A stretch of DNA of 62,739 nucleotides, counting the filler, from Globobulimina sp. (taxonomy: Eukaryota): NCBI GenBank assembly GCA_003354225.1. It is 11 parts of 11 records of this genome, joined end to end, with 100 filler letters (N's around TTAATTAATTAA, not from the genome) between each part and the next. Parts side by side here need not be neighbours in the genome. Positions count along the whole stretch, not along the records: positions 34,321 to 39,929 come from PIVH01000491.1; positions 40,030 to 45,634 come from PIVH01000492.1; positions 45,735 to 51,337 come from PIVH01000493.1; 8 more parts are not named here. The stretch is one strand, 5' to 3'. The notes below the pieces were generated by a model. That model was given only the letters and a program-made list of their open reading frames with translations, searched no databases and was not told the DNA's origin. The position numbers were made by a program, and so were the translations under genes. Of the stretch, positions 36,677 through 50,223 are shown piece by piece; position 1 is the stretch's first letter; every line of letters begins with the position of its first letter.

Positions 36677-37632
36677 TTAAAAACCTCCACATTGACAAAG
36701 AGGATGATCAGCATTAATATGAACAATACATTTATGTGCTTTTGGACATGGAATTGGGCCGTTTTGTTTATAACATTCACCAAAGGCATTATACGGCGCA
36801 CATTGACGATCTCTAATATCATAATGGCGACCAGTCCCAGTTAAAATATGTTTAATTTTATAATATGCATCATTTATCAAATTAGGTTTTTTGTTTTGAA
36901 AGTTATTATTTTGTCTGTAATTATTTGTATTCTGATTATTATAATTTGATTTATTATTCCTTTGATTATTGTAATTTCTTTTGTTATTATATGAATTTCT
37001 ATTATTTTTATCGCGATTATACTGATTTGCTTTTAATTTATCAAAATATTGTTTGACTTTATTTTTATTATTGTCATTATTTTTAATTTGAATAAATGAG
37101 TTATCTTTATTTGCTTCATCGGACTTATAATTTGAAAATTTATTTTGTAAAAATGAATCCAGCGACACCTTACTTTTTCTATTTTGATTGTTATTCATAT
37201 AATTATTTGTAAATATGCTATAAAAAGATTGATCCTTCAAAAGCGCTGCACGCATTCCATTATTTGACCAAATATAAAATAATTGAGGAACAAATAAATT
37301 ATCTTTGATTGATGGCAAAATAACATCTAATAATTTTGATAAATCACATCTTTTGTAATCTAACCAAACACGAATTAAACGATGCAAATCCACTTCATCA
37401 TCATTCTCTGGTTTTATTTTATTTAATTTTGTTTCCATTTCCATCATAAAATTAAGGATAAATTTAATAGATTTATGAAAATTCCATTTTGATTTAAATA
37501 TAGATTTTATTTCCTTTGAATAATTATTATGTGATAATTTATCCTCAATTATCAAATATTTATTGATTTGATACATTAATGAAATAAAAGACAAATCTTC
37601 TTCAACTGTGCCAGAAATAAATAAAATCAAAT
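36677..37632 (-). CDS. Gag-like ORF of element A (Asn-rich linker, C-terminal Cys/His finger)
   Basis: CAPYNAFGEC...CPKAHKCIVHINADHPLCQC, directly upstream of RT. Confidence 0.75.
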
Positions 37633-38027
37633 CTAATTTGATTGAAATTAATATTTTATCATTTGTGTTAGTTTTTAAATTGGCAGAATTTGCAGGCGAA
37701 TAAATTAAAGTTAATAAATTGTGATTAAGTGGGCCTTATTTCAATACATTAATTGGATACATTATATTATTAAATTTAACATATAAAAAATAAAAAAAAT
37801 TTTAAAATTTTATTTGATTGTTTGACAACATTTTGATTGTTTGACATTATGTGATGTTGGTATTTACAAATTAAACAAACACAAAACTATTAATTTACGA
37901 AATATTGTACATAAACTTGGAGGGTCACACCAAGAATACCAATAAAAGTAAGACAATAAAAGTCAAGTAAATGTCAAAAAGTTTCGAAAAAAAATAATAT
38001 AGAAAAAGGAAATTAATATAAATATAC

Positions 38028-39596
38028 CGTGTAATTCTTGTACGATATCTCTATTCGTTAAACGTTTACCATCCAAACCTGCTCTTTGATTCATTAAATT
38101 ATTAATAACATTTATTTCTTTACTTTTTAATTTATTAATTGTTAAATCAACCATTTATTAATTGCTTCTTCTTTTCTTTTTTTATCAATTGCTGCACAAA
38201 TAAGGTTATTACGATTAACTGAAATTAATTGATTAAAACAAGTTTGATTTGGATCATATTCAAATGACGATTTATTTGCATAATTAATTTTATCCATTTT
38301 ATTTTTTAATTCATTAAATTTGGTATGTACACATTGATCGAAATGATTTTTCATGACATCTAAATCTGATTTAGTTATATTTTGATTATTTTTATTGAAT
38401 CTTAGTCTTTTAATTGGAGGTTGATCACCGGTCTCAACAATATCATCAAATATACCATCGCTAACTGACCTTTTTTTGGGGGAAAATTTATTAATTAATG
38501 ATAATGGGAATTTGCGACCAGTTAAAACCAATTTATATTTCCGTAAATTAATAATCACACCATCTGAACTAATTATCTTTGTTTTATACAATTTAGAATT
38601 TATCGATGGTTTAATTCTATTAATATTTGATATTAATTTTAAATGTTCTTTTTCTTTGGCAATAATTGCAATATATTTGATAACCGGATCATTTTTAGGG
38701 AGATTAATATCAAAATCAAATAAATTAATATTAGCAACAATTGCTACCAATAATACTTTCCGTTTGATCTGAGAATCATTAATGAAAATATTTTCAGATT
38801 CATATCTCACGGAAACACAAAAATTATCAAAATTAGCATCCAGCGGTGATTTAGGATCATTTTCAGATAAAATGTCATCAAATAACTCATCAGATTTTTT
38901 CTCAGTTTTATTTTTATTTTGATTTGAATCAGATTTAGAATTAAATGAAAATTGATCATTATTAGTATCAAATATCTTTGTCATTCCTGATATATTTTCA
39001 TCAAGAAAATCAGCATCATTTTCATCTTCATTATTAACCTCATCTTGGGAGTGAGCTATATTTGTATTAACATTGGAGTCAGTATCATTTGTATTTGATG
39101 CCAAGTCATCTAAATATTTAATACAATTAAATGAATATATTTCGTGATATTTATCAAATTCTGCTTTATATTTTTTAGTTTTATATCCAATTAATTTATC
39201 AACAGTTATTTCTTTACATACTAATCTGACTAAATCTGGCAATGATTGATGCTCATTCATATAATAAGTGCGACTATGTAATACATTGAGAAATAATTTA
39301 AGCGAATCAAGGATTGATCTCTTTGATTGAGGGACAAAAAATATATTATTCTCCGGAATTTGAAGATATTTAATCAATAAACATATTTCAATTTGATTTA
39401 AATAATTTACCTCATCATTTACAGATTTTTTAAGGGAGTTCTTACGAAATGAAACAACCCAAATATCATCATTTAATTCAGATATATCCTCTGCATAACT
39501 TTCATAAATTGATTCAATATTTATTTTTTTATATTGTATACATGGTTGTTTTGTTAAATTTGTGTCTTGTGAATTGAATGCTGTTTCACTTGACAT
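38028..39596 (-). CDS. ORF1 of element A, unknown function; frame change at about 38154
   Basis: 484-aa ORF plus an overlapping 42-codon segment (38154-38028) whose sequence parallels the end of element B ORF1. Confidence 0.65.
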
Positions 39597-40029
39597 TGAT
39601 TGATTGATTGATGTTTAATTTTTAAATTTTGATTTAAGAATATTGCGACGATAATACTTGATATCGTAACTTTTTCGTTTTTGCAAGAATTGAAAGTTGC
39701 AGCAATTCGGCTAATTAGAGAAGTGAAAACGAAAAAGTTTGTTGAAGCTCAGAAAACCTTACACTTCAACAACTAACACACACACATAATATCAAAATAA
39801 GCAGAAATTCTGCGTTACACTTGAATTTATGACGTATTAAAAATCCAAATGTTGCAAATATTAAATGTAACAGATCATATTGGACAGAAACATATGGCAT
39901 AAAAAAGAATGATGAGATATCATTTGAGCNNNNNNNNNNNNNNNNNNNNNNNNNNNNNNNNNNNNNNNNNNNNTTAATTAATTAANNNNNNNNNNNNNNN
40001 NNNNNNNNNNNNNNNNNNNNNNNNNNNNN

Positions 40030-40183
40030 GGATAGTTATTGAATGGCCTAACTCCTCGAATTCATCATCATTCATCTCATCTGTGACTGTAATTTTTATA
40101 AATTTCCTTCTTTTATTAAAATCTATATCTACGTGAAATTTTCGGCTTACATGATGTCCTACCAACGCTTTCATTGCAGTCAT
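40030..40183 (-). CDS. Hypothetical protein, N-terminal fragment
   Basis: ATG-started frame open to the contig edge. Confidence 0.4.
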
Positions 40184-40265
40184 GATTCCTGACAGTTTTT
40201 TTATGTTTCACTTCACTAAAATTGTAAACATTTCAATTATCTTCAAAGCACAAAAATAAATAGTG

Positions 40266-40955
40266 CTACCACCTTCGCTTTCTTTGCGATATCTCGTTTG
40301 TGAGCGGTATATACCTTACAGGGACTTTATTAGTATATGATATTTTACCGTCATTGTCCTTTATATATTCTCTGAATATTTGCTCATCACTTTCAATGGC
40401 AACGGGAATTACCATTTTGCCGCCGACGTTTAGCTGTTTACACAGTTCATCTGCAACATCAACATCTGCTGCGGCTCCCACATGGATGGCATCATAAGGC
40501 GCTTCTTTGCTATGTCCCAATCTTCCATCACCACAAAATATCTCAATGTTTTTTGTTTTTAATAACTCTGAATGATGTTTATTTAAATTTGCTTTTGATA
40601 AATCTACCAATTCCTCAATGTGCTCAATTCCAATGACTTTACCTTCACTGCCAACCAAATATGCCATTGCTGCCACTAAATAGCCAGTGCCTGATCCAAT
40701 ATCAAGAGCTTTCATTCCTGGCTGTAAATTGGAATATAAATCATTCAATGCGTGTGCATGCATATGTGGTGCTGATATAGTTGCATTAAATCCAATGAGT
40801 TGCGGACTATCAACATATTCGTTAGAGGGACAAAAATCTGCTCTATCAACTCTCAACATTGCTTGTGCCACTTCATTATGTGTTATTATCTTAGTTTTAC
40901 ATAAATAATTGACCAAATCTACATGAGACTTACAAGCTGAACGAAACCATGCCAT
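40266..40955 (-). CDS. PCMT1: Protein-L-isoaspartate O-methyltransferase
   Basis: MAW start, ATISAPHMHA, ALDIGSGTGY, GDGRLG, APYDAIHVGAAA, VRYIPLT. Confidence 0.97.
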   Translation of the reverse strand: MAWFRSACKSHVDLVNYLCKTKIITHNEVAQAMLRVDRADFCPSNEYVDSPQLIGFNATISAPHMHAHALNDLYSNLQPGMKALDIGSGTGYLVAAMAYLVGSEGKVIGIEHIEELVDLSKANLNKHHSELLKTKNIEIFCGDGRLGHSKEAPYDAIHVGAAADVDVADELCKQLNVGGKMVIPVAIESDEQIFREYIKDNDGKISYTNKVPVRYIPLTNEISQRKRRW

Positions 40956-41008
40956 GACGTTAGTTTAATATATTTTTTACAAAAAATGTTATATATAATA
41001 TCATAACC

Positions 41009-42863
41009 ATGTCCAAGACACATGAAAAAGAGAATAAGTCGTCAGAGGCTGAACATTTGTTTGTTTACGCTACAGCTAAAGCAGGGATGGAAGATGTGGA
41101 TAAAAATAAAATCCAAGAAACAATTTACAACGCATCTAAAGGATCCGCATATTTTGAAAACGCACAACGTAAAGCGGCGCAAGTCGAAGAAAGAATGGAA
41201 TCGGTTAAAAAACGATTAAAACAAATATCAAACACACAAATTGAACAAATGCAAATTCAATCTAATAAATATATAAAACAAATTGACAGTCTGCGCGATT
41301 TATCTCGAACGTGGATTCACTGTGATATGGATATGTTTTATGCGGCCGTAGCAATGCGCGACAATCCATCATTGAAAGGGAAACCCGTGGCCATTGGTAG
41401 CATGTCAATGATCTCCACCACAAATTATGTCGCAAGGAAGTTCGGAGTCCGTGCTGCGATGCCTGGCTTTATTGGAAAAAAGTTATGCCCCCAAATTATA
41501 TTTGTTGAGCACAATTGGTCTGCGTACAAACAAGCATCGAGTTAAGTGCCATCTAATACATTGATGTCGATACAGAGCAGCATCAACAGATAAAGTGCGA
41601 GAAATTGTGGCGGAATATGACCCCGATTTTACCTCTGCCAGTTTGGACGAAGTGTACTTGGATGTTACTGATTATTTGCAGTTGCATGCGGATGAGGGCC
41701 AGCACATAAATGGTAGTGATATTGCACAGGAAATAAGGGATAAAATCTTTGCTGCCACACAATTGACAGCGTCCGCCGGTGTTGCTTGTAATAGAATGTT
41801 GAGCAAAATTGGCAGTGATATGAATAAACCAAATGGACAGTTTATATTAGAAAGTGATGGTAATAAAATTAAAGCATTCATGAACACATTGAATGTGCGA
41901 AAGGTACCCGGCATTGGCAGGGTCACACAGAGAATTTTGAAAGAAATTGGAGTGGAAATGTGCAGTGATGTGTTATGTAAAGCAGCTTTGGTTAAATTAT
42001 TCTTCAAACATGCAACATATGAATGGTTATTGCAATCATGTTATGGCATAGCGAGGAATAAACGCGATGCGAATGAGATACGTCAAAGAAAGAGCATATC
42101 GCAGGAAAGGACATTTGGTGCAAAAGGGATAGCACTTGAAACAGAATTGGAAGCAAAGATAATTGAAATTTGTGACAGTTTATGTGCAGAAATATTAGAG
42201 AAGAAAATCAGAGGTAAAACTGTGACGATTAAATTGAAAACAACGCAGTTTGAAACAAAAACGCGTGCGCATTGTTTAGGCTTTTATACCAATGATAAAA
42301 AAGTGATACGTAGCAATGCGATACAATTATTAAGGAAGGAATATCCGATTAAAGTGAGATTGTTAGGGGTTCGGTTAAGTGCATTGGAACAAAAACTCCC
42401 TCAAAGTAAGTTACAAAAACAATTGGACGCATTTTGGAGTGTCAAACAAAAAAATAATCATAATCATAGTCATAATAAACGGAAAAGAACTTGGAATGAA
42501 ATGATGGAAGAATCTGGCGATATATTACCAAATAAACGAAGGAGAATCAGTGTCACAGAGGAGAATGGCGGAGATGTTGATATTATAAATAAGAATTTGA
42601 ACACAAATAATAAGAAAAAAAAAGATAAAATGACTATTTCAAAGATGTTTGAAAAACAAGATAAGAAAAATAAGACTGAAAAAGCACAAAAATATATTTG
42701 TCCAAAATGCAACAGATTTGAATGTGTTTCAAATCTTCAATTAAATCTTCATTTGGATCAATGTTTGCAGCAAACGCAAAATAAAAAGAAAAAAAGACAG
42801 AAGAAAGTGGTTAAAAACACATTGACACATTTTTTCCGTCAGAAGACGACGAATCATTTATAA
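41009..42863 (+). CDS. POLK: DNA polymerase kappa (Y family); intron 41541-41589
   Basis: KAGM N-clasp, HCDMDMFYAAV, TTNYVARKFGVRAAMPGF, ASLDEVYLD, SDMNKPNGQ, UBZ finger CPKC...HLDQC and PIP-like TLTHFF. Confidence 0.95.
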
Positions 42864-42868
42864 ATTAT

Positions 42869-43840
42869 TTAACTGTTTACATGCATATTCACAACACTAT
42901 GAGGTAAGTATTGCTGACAGTTCTTTGATCCACAAAAGCAACGTTGTTTTGATGCAACATTTGCATTCGGTTCAATTCTGCCATAATTAAATGTCAATTG
43001 AGAATATCGTTTAATATTTTTAATGGCAAACATACAAATTCTGGGAATGTCTGTGGCAGAATAAACCAAATGAGGCATTAAATTTTCATCGCATGAATGA
43101 TTGATAAATCTCGCAATATTCCCACAGTGAAAAGGATCAATATTCACCGATGCAATGATTTTATCAGCAATTATTTCATTTACAGTCAATAAATATGTTT
43201 TATTTTCCCTATTTTGTAGCTCATTATCACTCAATATCTCTCCTACAAATTCCACAACAAACTGGCCTTTCATGATATCAGTATTGGTAAATAACCCCCA
43301 AAATGTATCTTTATCATATTTTAAATATACCAATATTCCGATTCCTAAACTCGTTTCTCTATTTTTGAACTGAGTCACTCTATTTTTACAATCCATTGTA
43401 TCACATTTACAAAGCTCATTGCATTCAATAATTCGGCTTATTTCTTGTATGGGTTTGTTTAACATCGGAATGCCATTTATAAACTTATAATGATATCCAT
43501 ATTGCAAACAACAGCCACATTCATTATCCGTGCCACACAGTGTATCATTACAATCACATGATGTTAAGAATTGTTTGGCAAATCTCCAATGTATATTTTC
43601 TGTGATATATTCAAAATTCATGCGAGGAATTGGTGGATAACTATTTGAGATTGATACTATTTCAATTGATGTGTTTCTCTCTTTTCCCATTGATATATCA
43701 TATTGAATGTATTTAATAAACCGATGGAATAAATAGCGAAACACTTTTGATACCACAGAAAGTGAATAAAAATCCATATGATCAACAAAATAATAAATGA
43801 AACCAAACGCTTGCACTTTCATTCCAATCGAGTATGCCAT
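42869..43840 (-). CDS. Pre-SET/SET/post-SET histone lysine methyltransferase (SETMAR/SUVR3-like)
   Basis: IIECNELCKC...CKNRVTQ, FVVEFVGE, GNIARFINHSCDEN, LTFNYG, CFCGSKNC. Confidence 0.92.
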   Translation of the reverse strand: MAYSIGMKVQAFGFIYYFVDHMDFYSLSVVSKVFRYLFHRFIKYIQYDISMGKERNTSIEIVSISNSYPPIPRMNFEYITENIHWRFAKQFLTSCDCNDTLCGTDNECGCCLQYGYHYKFINGIPMLNKPIQEISRIIECNELCKCDTMDCKNRVTQFKNRETSLGIGILVYLKYDKDTFWGLFTNTDIMKGQFVVEFVGEILSDNELQNRENKTYLLTVNEIIADKIIASVNIDPFHCGNIARFINHSCDENLMPHLVYSATDIPRICMFAIKNIKRYSQLTFNYGRIEPNANVASKQRCFCGSKNCQQYLPHSVVNMHVNS

Positions 43841-44239
43841 TATCCATAAACTGAGTATATTGAGGTTTTCATCGAAAATACTCCGTCATCATGTCAGTGG
43901 ATCCCAGAAGAGGACACCAAAAAAAGGTACCATACAACTTTGCCATAATCCAAAAATTAAATAGCCAATTCTCGAACTTTGTGTATACCAAATCTAAGAG
44001 GAAAGTCAGCAAACAAAGAGAAATAATTAAGGTTATATTTGGTATACACACAATTAAATGTACACGGATTGCCTATTTAATTTATGGATAATGTGACGTA
44101 CACGAATATAACCAAACCATATATAATATAGCAATGGTGGAAAAAGAACAGTCGACGAACAGGTTCCAAACGAAATCGTACCTTCAACAACAAACCAAAC
44201 ACAGAGACTGTCTCAACCGTCACCACCGAACCTTTACAT

Positions 44240-45634
44240 ATGCCACAAACCAACAATATAACTACATTCATCAACGAGAACTCGGGAGACATATTAGTCA
44301 CAGACCCAGAAACCTTAACTCCTCGACAAATACGCACCTTACAGACAGAATTAGGCCGCGTAATCAAACTAAACCATCAGTTGGAGATGGAACTGAATTT
44401 ACGCGCCTCGCAGGTGGAGCAAATGGAGGACAATTTCCATTTAGTGGCGGATCAGTCGAAAATGATCGGTGTTCGCGCCATGGAACAGGAACAAAAACTA
44501 TTAGAAATCAAGAAAGCCTTAGAACTGAAAACCAAACAACTAGCTCTATTTCGTGGCAGCAAAGCGGACCAACTGCCACTTAACGCCATCACTGTATTAC
44601 CCATGCACTTACGGGGCAAATTCAGCGAGTTTCTACGAGGCATACTATTGTCGCAGAAGAAATTCTTTGAATCAGCGCTCCGAGATTTCGTAGCAAATCA
44701 AATCACCGACAAAGAGTTGACGCTCAATGCAGAGCCACTGACGCGCCACAACTTATTATTGGAAATCGGTAAGATCGGCAACTCGCTGGCCTTTGATTAT
44801 ATGAGCGAGTTGGAATTGCGACTAAATGGCACCTTCTCGCCACAGCAAGACACCACATACACGCTCGTGACGCTACACAGTCAACACGCCTCTGCAGACA
44901 CGCAAGCTTCGCAGAAATCGTTTATATCCCAACCCGCCACAGCATACCCCCAGACACCGCAGCATACTCCCAACCCGCCGCCACATATGAACATGATGAC
45001 CAACTCACAAAGACCGGGCTCGCCCAATTTCAACGCCCAGCAACACAAATCGCAACACACCTTTTCCTCGCAAGGACCGCCGATGATATCTATGAATGCG
45101 CCGTCGCATACACCGGCCCATAGCTATGGCAGTTCTGTCGGTATGACGCCACAGACTTCGGTGTCTGTGCAAGAGAGCGATAATCAGAACCGGAAGAGGG
45201 GGAATAGCGCCTTTGACAAAGTCAAGAAATTGCTACCTTCCAAGAAAAGGAAAAAGCAGCAATTACAACAGCAACAATTACAACAGCAACAGCAGCAGCA
45301 AATGCAAATGCAGCCGCAACAAATGGTTTGTCATTCTCTGTGCGATTTTGCGTATAAATGCAAAGCCTACACATCAAATAATAGCAATACCCGCCCCCAG
45401 CACCACAACAATTTGTGCAACAACAATCCTTCCACCAATACCCAGCACAACAACAATTCATGAATGGACAGAATGGTCACACGAAGTTTCCACCCGCTCC
45501 CTCTATGAGCAGTATCCCCTCCAATGACCAGACTCAAACAGCGCCTACAACTTTTGAGCGGGCCGCCAATGCCTACAACTTCCACACATCGAGCACGTCC
45601 ACCCACAACAGCGCGGGTGCTATGGACGTGTGCT
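44240..45634 (+). CDS. Hypothetical coiled-coil, Gln/Pro-rich protein, spliced, 3'-truncated
   Basis: 407-aa ORF with a poly-Q tract; a probable short intron near 45326-45384 leads into the next Q-rich frame. Confidence 0.6.
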
Positions 45635-46118
45635 NNNNNNNNNNNNNNNNNNNNNNNNNNNNNNNNNNNNNNNNNNNNTTAATTAATTAANNNNNNNNNN
45701 NNNNNNNNNNNNNNNNNNNNNNNNNNNNNNNNNNTTGCTGAGCTGAGGAATGTTATTATTTGTTTGGCGTTTATTGGTGTCTCGAATATACAGATTTGAG
45801 TGCGAACGTTGTAATTTCTATAACAAATAAGAAGTGTATAATTATATACATTTGGACACAAGCGCCATTATAGCCACAAATACAAATATAGCATCTTTAT
45901 ATATTACGAAGTTTTATTTCTTCGCAGAATAAATAAAACGTAGTGTTATGATTTATTGTGAAAACACTTGTTATTTCTTACTTGCTTTTTTTTTTAGTTT
46001 ACATCAACAAACTTTACTTCTCTCTCTTCTCTCTGTCTTCGCATTTAATTCCACCGAGCCGCTGACCTCAAACGCTTTTGACGCAAACCTTATTTCAATC
46101 TTTGTGTAGTATATACGG

Positions 46119-48393
46119 ATGGCATTGACTTTAACAAAACAAGAATTTGATGAGTTTATCGATGATATTAAGAAGAATGACAAATTATTTATTATGTCCC
46201 CATCGTTAATGAAAGCACCATTGAAAGGTCCAGATGTTGCTCCGGTGAATTTTTATAAGGAAGATTATGAAGAAGTGATTAGTATGATTCAAACGAATAA
46301 ATTCGTTTATATCATGCCCACTGCATCGGCATCGTTTCGAACTGTTTTAGATCGATTTAAATCGAAATATAACGACGCTGCTGCCAGACCATCAAATGTC
46401 CGCCGCACTGAAAAAGAATTATTATCCAGTTTCTGCCGTAAAGTATCCTATGAACATGTTATATCATTTCGAGAATCGCCAAAATGGAGTGTTTAATGTT
46501 CAAACATCTGAATATTTCGTAAAACAGAAACAGCAAACTGCAGTAACCTCCGATGATCAATTGAATGATTTGCAAACGTCACAAAATGATGATGACATTT
46601 TAATGAATGCCCAACTTACCGATGATGGCAATGATATAAAACCGTCGGATTTGATGGTGCTATCACAACAAACCAATTTCGCGCATCTTCAAGGCTCTAC
46701 ATCTCAGGCTTCTCCTTCTCCGAATTCTAACACAAACAATACAAATAATAACAAGAAACCAGCTGATTTACAAACTGTCGATACAACAAACCATCGATCC
46801 CCGGATGCTACGAAGGATGCCATCCCTCTCACTACCAACGAGGAAAAGGAGCAAAAAACAGTGGTAGTAATACCGAAACGATCCAGATCCTCCGTATACA
46901 AACCAGATAAGAAAGAATGTGATGATTCCTCTCCTTCCACTTCCATTCAACAGAAACATTCCGATGATCGCAAACAAAAACCACATTTACATACAAATCG
47001 AGATAGAAACAACAAACATCATCGACATCGAACCCATACCAAACCAAGACATTCCAATAGAAATCATCATCAATCTCCGTTGCTTTCGCAGCATTCCCAT
47101 AATACATTTGATTCAGAGCTCGACGATGATGATATTTTACAGTATGATCCAATTCGTACACCTTCTCCTTCTACAACGTCCACATCGTCCTTCAATGCAT
47201 TAGCGAATTTATCCAAATATTTGGTGAAGAATGAGATTTATCAACATCTCAAAAATACGAAATTATCCGTCTTTGAACATAAAAATGTTCGCGACGATGC
47301 CTTGAGAGTTAACAATTTATTACTTACTCGTTCCTCTCAATTACATGAACTCAGTGCCAATGCGAATGCAATTAATTTATATGCGACGGCGCGAAACCAT
47401 TTTAGTGAGTTATTATGGAAAATTGAGGCAAAAGCGGAACAGGGCAGAGATATCAATGAAGTCATCAAACGATACAATGAAGAACGCCGTATTGCGATCA
47501 TTGCATTTATTGACCACATTGTAATGACCGGAGTTACATTGGATATGGTATTTTCAATGTGTTTCCATGATCGATTCACTGAAATTGCGCGCTCCGATGA
47601 CCATCGTTCGGTGTTTGATTTTATTTTTCATTTAGTGTTTTATGGACATTATGAAAATAAGAAATGTTTGAAATATTGGTGGCGATGGTTTGTGCCAAAA
47701 ATATTACAGCGATTTTTAGCATTGCAAGAAAACCGCTTTTTGAACGCGAAAGGCGGCCAAGTAAAAGCATGGAATTATCCATTCTTTAAAAAACGAATTA
47801 TTTATGCACAACTCCGATATTTTAAAAAGAGAAAAGCCGATAAAATGTCGCCAAATGCCGGCAGACATAGTGAAAATCCGCATGGATCAAAAAGAAAGAA
47901 AGAATTTCATCGACATATTTTAGGCACTTCCTCGCATTCACCACCACCAACATCTCCATTTAAATTTGATACAAATCCATATATTGAAAATATTGAAAAT
48001 GAACATAAACAACCAATCATTATTACAAATACAAATAATAATAATATACATAAACAAATTACAGCATTATCAACTAATCTTAATGCAAAAATTGATACAT
48101 TGACCCATAATTTGAATAAAGCAAAGAATCGATATCAATATTCCAGACATGATACACCTAAAAAGAAATTAGTCACTCTGCAATCCCACGCAATTTCGGC
48201 TCTCACCGTAGATCGCTCGCAAGATAAAGAAGCGGTCCTTTTATTATCGTCAGCCGTGGCCAGTGAAGAGAATCAAACGCATAATGAGATTATGATGGAT
48301 ATTATGAAAAGAAGGATGAATGGTAATAAACGGGCCAATACCGCCTCGAATGATGATTTAGTAAACAAAGTTGAAGGTCTCTCATTAGATTAA
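46119..48393 (+). CDS. ORF1 of element B, in two overlapping frames (46119-46496 and about 46480-48393)
   Basis: N- and C-terminal segments are weakly alignable by eye to element A ORF1; low-complexity middle. Confidence 0.65.
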
Positions 48394-48876
48394 CTGTTGT
48401 GTTTTAGTTTAATTATTGTGCTCACAAAATTAAATTGAAAACTAAGTACCTCTCTAAACTTTACTTTATAACTTACCACGCTTTGGTTTGCTTTACGAGG
48501 TGGGGCTGGTCGGTTTATCCCAATATGTCACTGTACTGCAGCTGAGTCTCTGTACACGCATAGAATGATACCGCCTTTCTCATTCTTGGATTAATCTCCT
48601 TAAGTACGGTGTTTATATTGTAAGTATCACAATTTATTTTTTATTTTGTGCATACACCATTAACTTTCTTTTCATTCTGTCTATTTTGTATATATAAAAA
48701 GCGTTTCTACTAAAACGTCAACCTATTTTGCTAACTACTTTTACCAAAGTACCAATATTTTATCTCCCCGTGAATTATGATTAAAATGATATACTTTTAC
48801 CAAAGTACTCACGTGTAACTTTACAAAGTTTACCAACGTTTCCAAACACTAACAAAAAACTATTATACTTTGACAG

Positions 48877-50012
48877 TCCCGGCGAGAATAAAAAATAGAC
48901 GACAAGCAAGAGACGATGTAATTCAATTTTTTACTGGATTTGCAACAAGAGAAGATTTCGGGATACCGAAATTATTACATTCTACGTTAAAATATTTATC
49001 TGATTCCTACAATATCTCCGATATCAGTTCCACGTCGAAAGAAATTTATTCATCATTCAAATCCAAACATGCCATTTTCTTTATTCTTGATGCCTGGACA
49101 CATACATTGGATTTCGTATTGTCGGCATTAAATAACATAAAAGAACAGAATCCATTGATCAATATCTTAGTGGATTGGGTCCAAATATGTAAAGCGAGCA
49201 TCTTTTTATTCAAAGAAAAACTCGCTCCCTATGGCAAGAAACCATATTTTAACGTTGTCAATTTCTGGGCGGCTGTCATTGAAATATTTGATTACTATTT
49301 GGACCATGCGACTCAGTTCAGTTTATTAATGGATAATAATTATTATACAGACCAATTTAACACCATCTCGCCACGAAACAATGTCATCCAATTTTTATTG
49401 AGCACATTCCCTGAATTTAAAATGGATGAATACGAAAAGGATAAAAAAGTCAATATTTATATTGATAATCAAAAATCCTACCATTCCAACAGTAATCCAA
49501 CAAATTTCAACAATAATAATTATAAAAATGATACCAAACCATGGAGAAATAAACAAAATCCGAATTATAATCAGAATCAAAACCATAACAATGACAATCC
49601 CAATCCGCGAAATTATAATAATCGCAATCCAAATGCCCGAAATGCAAACAATCGAACTCCAAATAATCGGAACAATAACAATAGAAATCCAAACAATCGC
49701 AATCAAAATAACAACAGATCCCAGAATAGTTATTATGCGTCAAAAGAGAAAACAAGAGCGTTCCGACGCTGTTGTCATGAATGTATGGGCGAATATGGTG
49801 TGCCATGCCCCAATGACTGTTGCATGTGGCGATTTTTTCTCGGATCTTGTTCAAATCCACGAAACCAATGTGGTACAAACAGCGATCAATTCAAACATAT
49901 TTGCGCATTCCATCCGGATCAAAACCATACGTTCCGAAATTGTGAAACAGCCAAATCAAAATCTGAAATTTATAAACAATATATCAAGAAATTCAGTGAA
50001 TTTTCTTTTTAA
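48877..50012 (+). CDS. Gag-like ORF of element B
   Basis: Asn/Arg/Pro-rich linker followed by CMWRFFLGSC...C...FKHICAFHPDQNHTFRNC. DDVIQFFTG...EDF parallels DLILFISG...EDL of element A. Confidence 0.75.
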
Positions 50013-50223
50013 ATTATAATATATCTATATTTTACCTTTGTAGTTTTGTGTGGGGGGATAATTTAATAATTAGTTTCTTTCGTTCATTTACCTATGAAAT
50101 ATGATCTAATCTCTTGTGATTCTTTCCTTTCTGTGTCAACGTTTCCATTATCGAAGACATTGAAAAGTCACTAAACAAACACTAAAACAGTTTTTTAATG
50201 TTTGAACTCAAAATACTACACAG

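Larger units (their letters stand above)
34321..39929 (-). mobile_element. DIRS/Ngaro-like (tyrosine-recombinase class) retroelement, element A, ends not seen
   Basis: Order ORF1, gag-like ORF with Cys/His knuckle, RT-RNase H. Recombinase and terminal repeats are not visible within the contig. Confidence 0.8.

Noticed and set aside
41541-41589. In-frame TAA splitting Pol kappa (similar splits in ALDH, RFK, TOR, Vps34), suggesting stop-codon reassignment or pseudogenes
   Set aside because: Each split is resolved by a GT-AG intron of the right phase, and TAA/TAG/TGA end proteins at their expected C-termini.
49395-50019. Hydrophobic Ile-rich alternative-frame ORFs over gag
   Set aside because: By-products of AAT/AAC-rich Asn codons.
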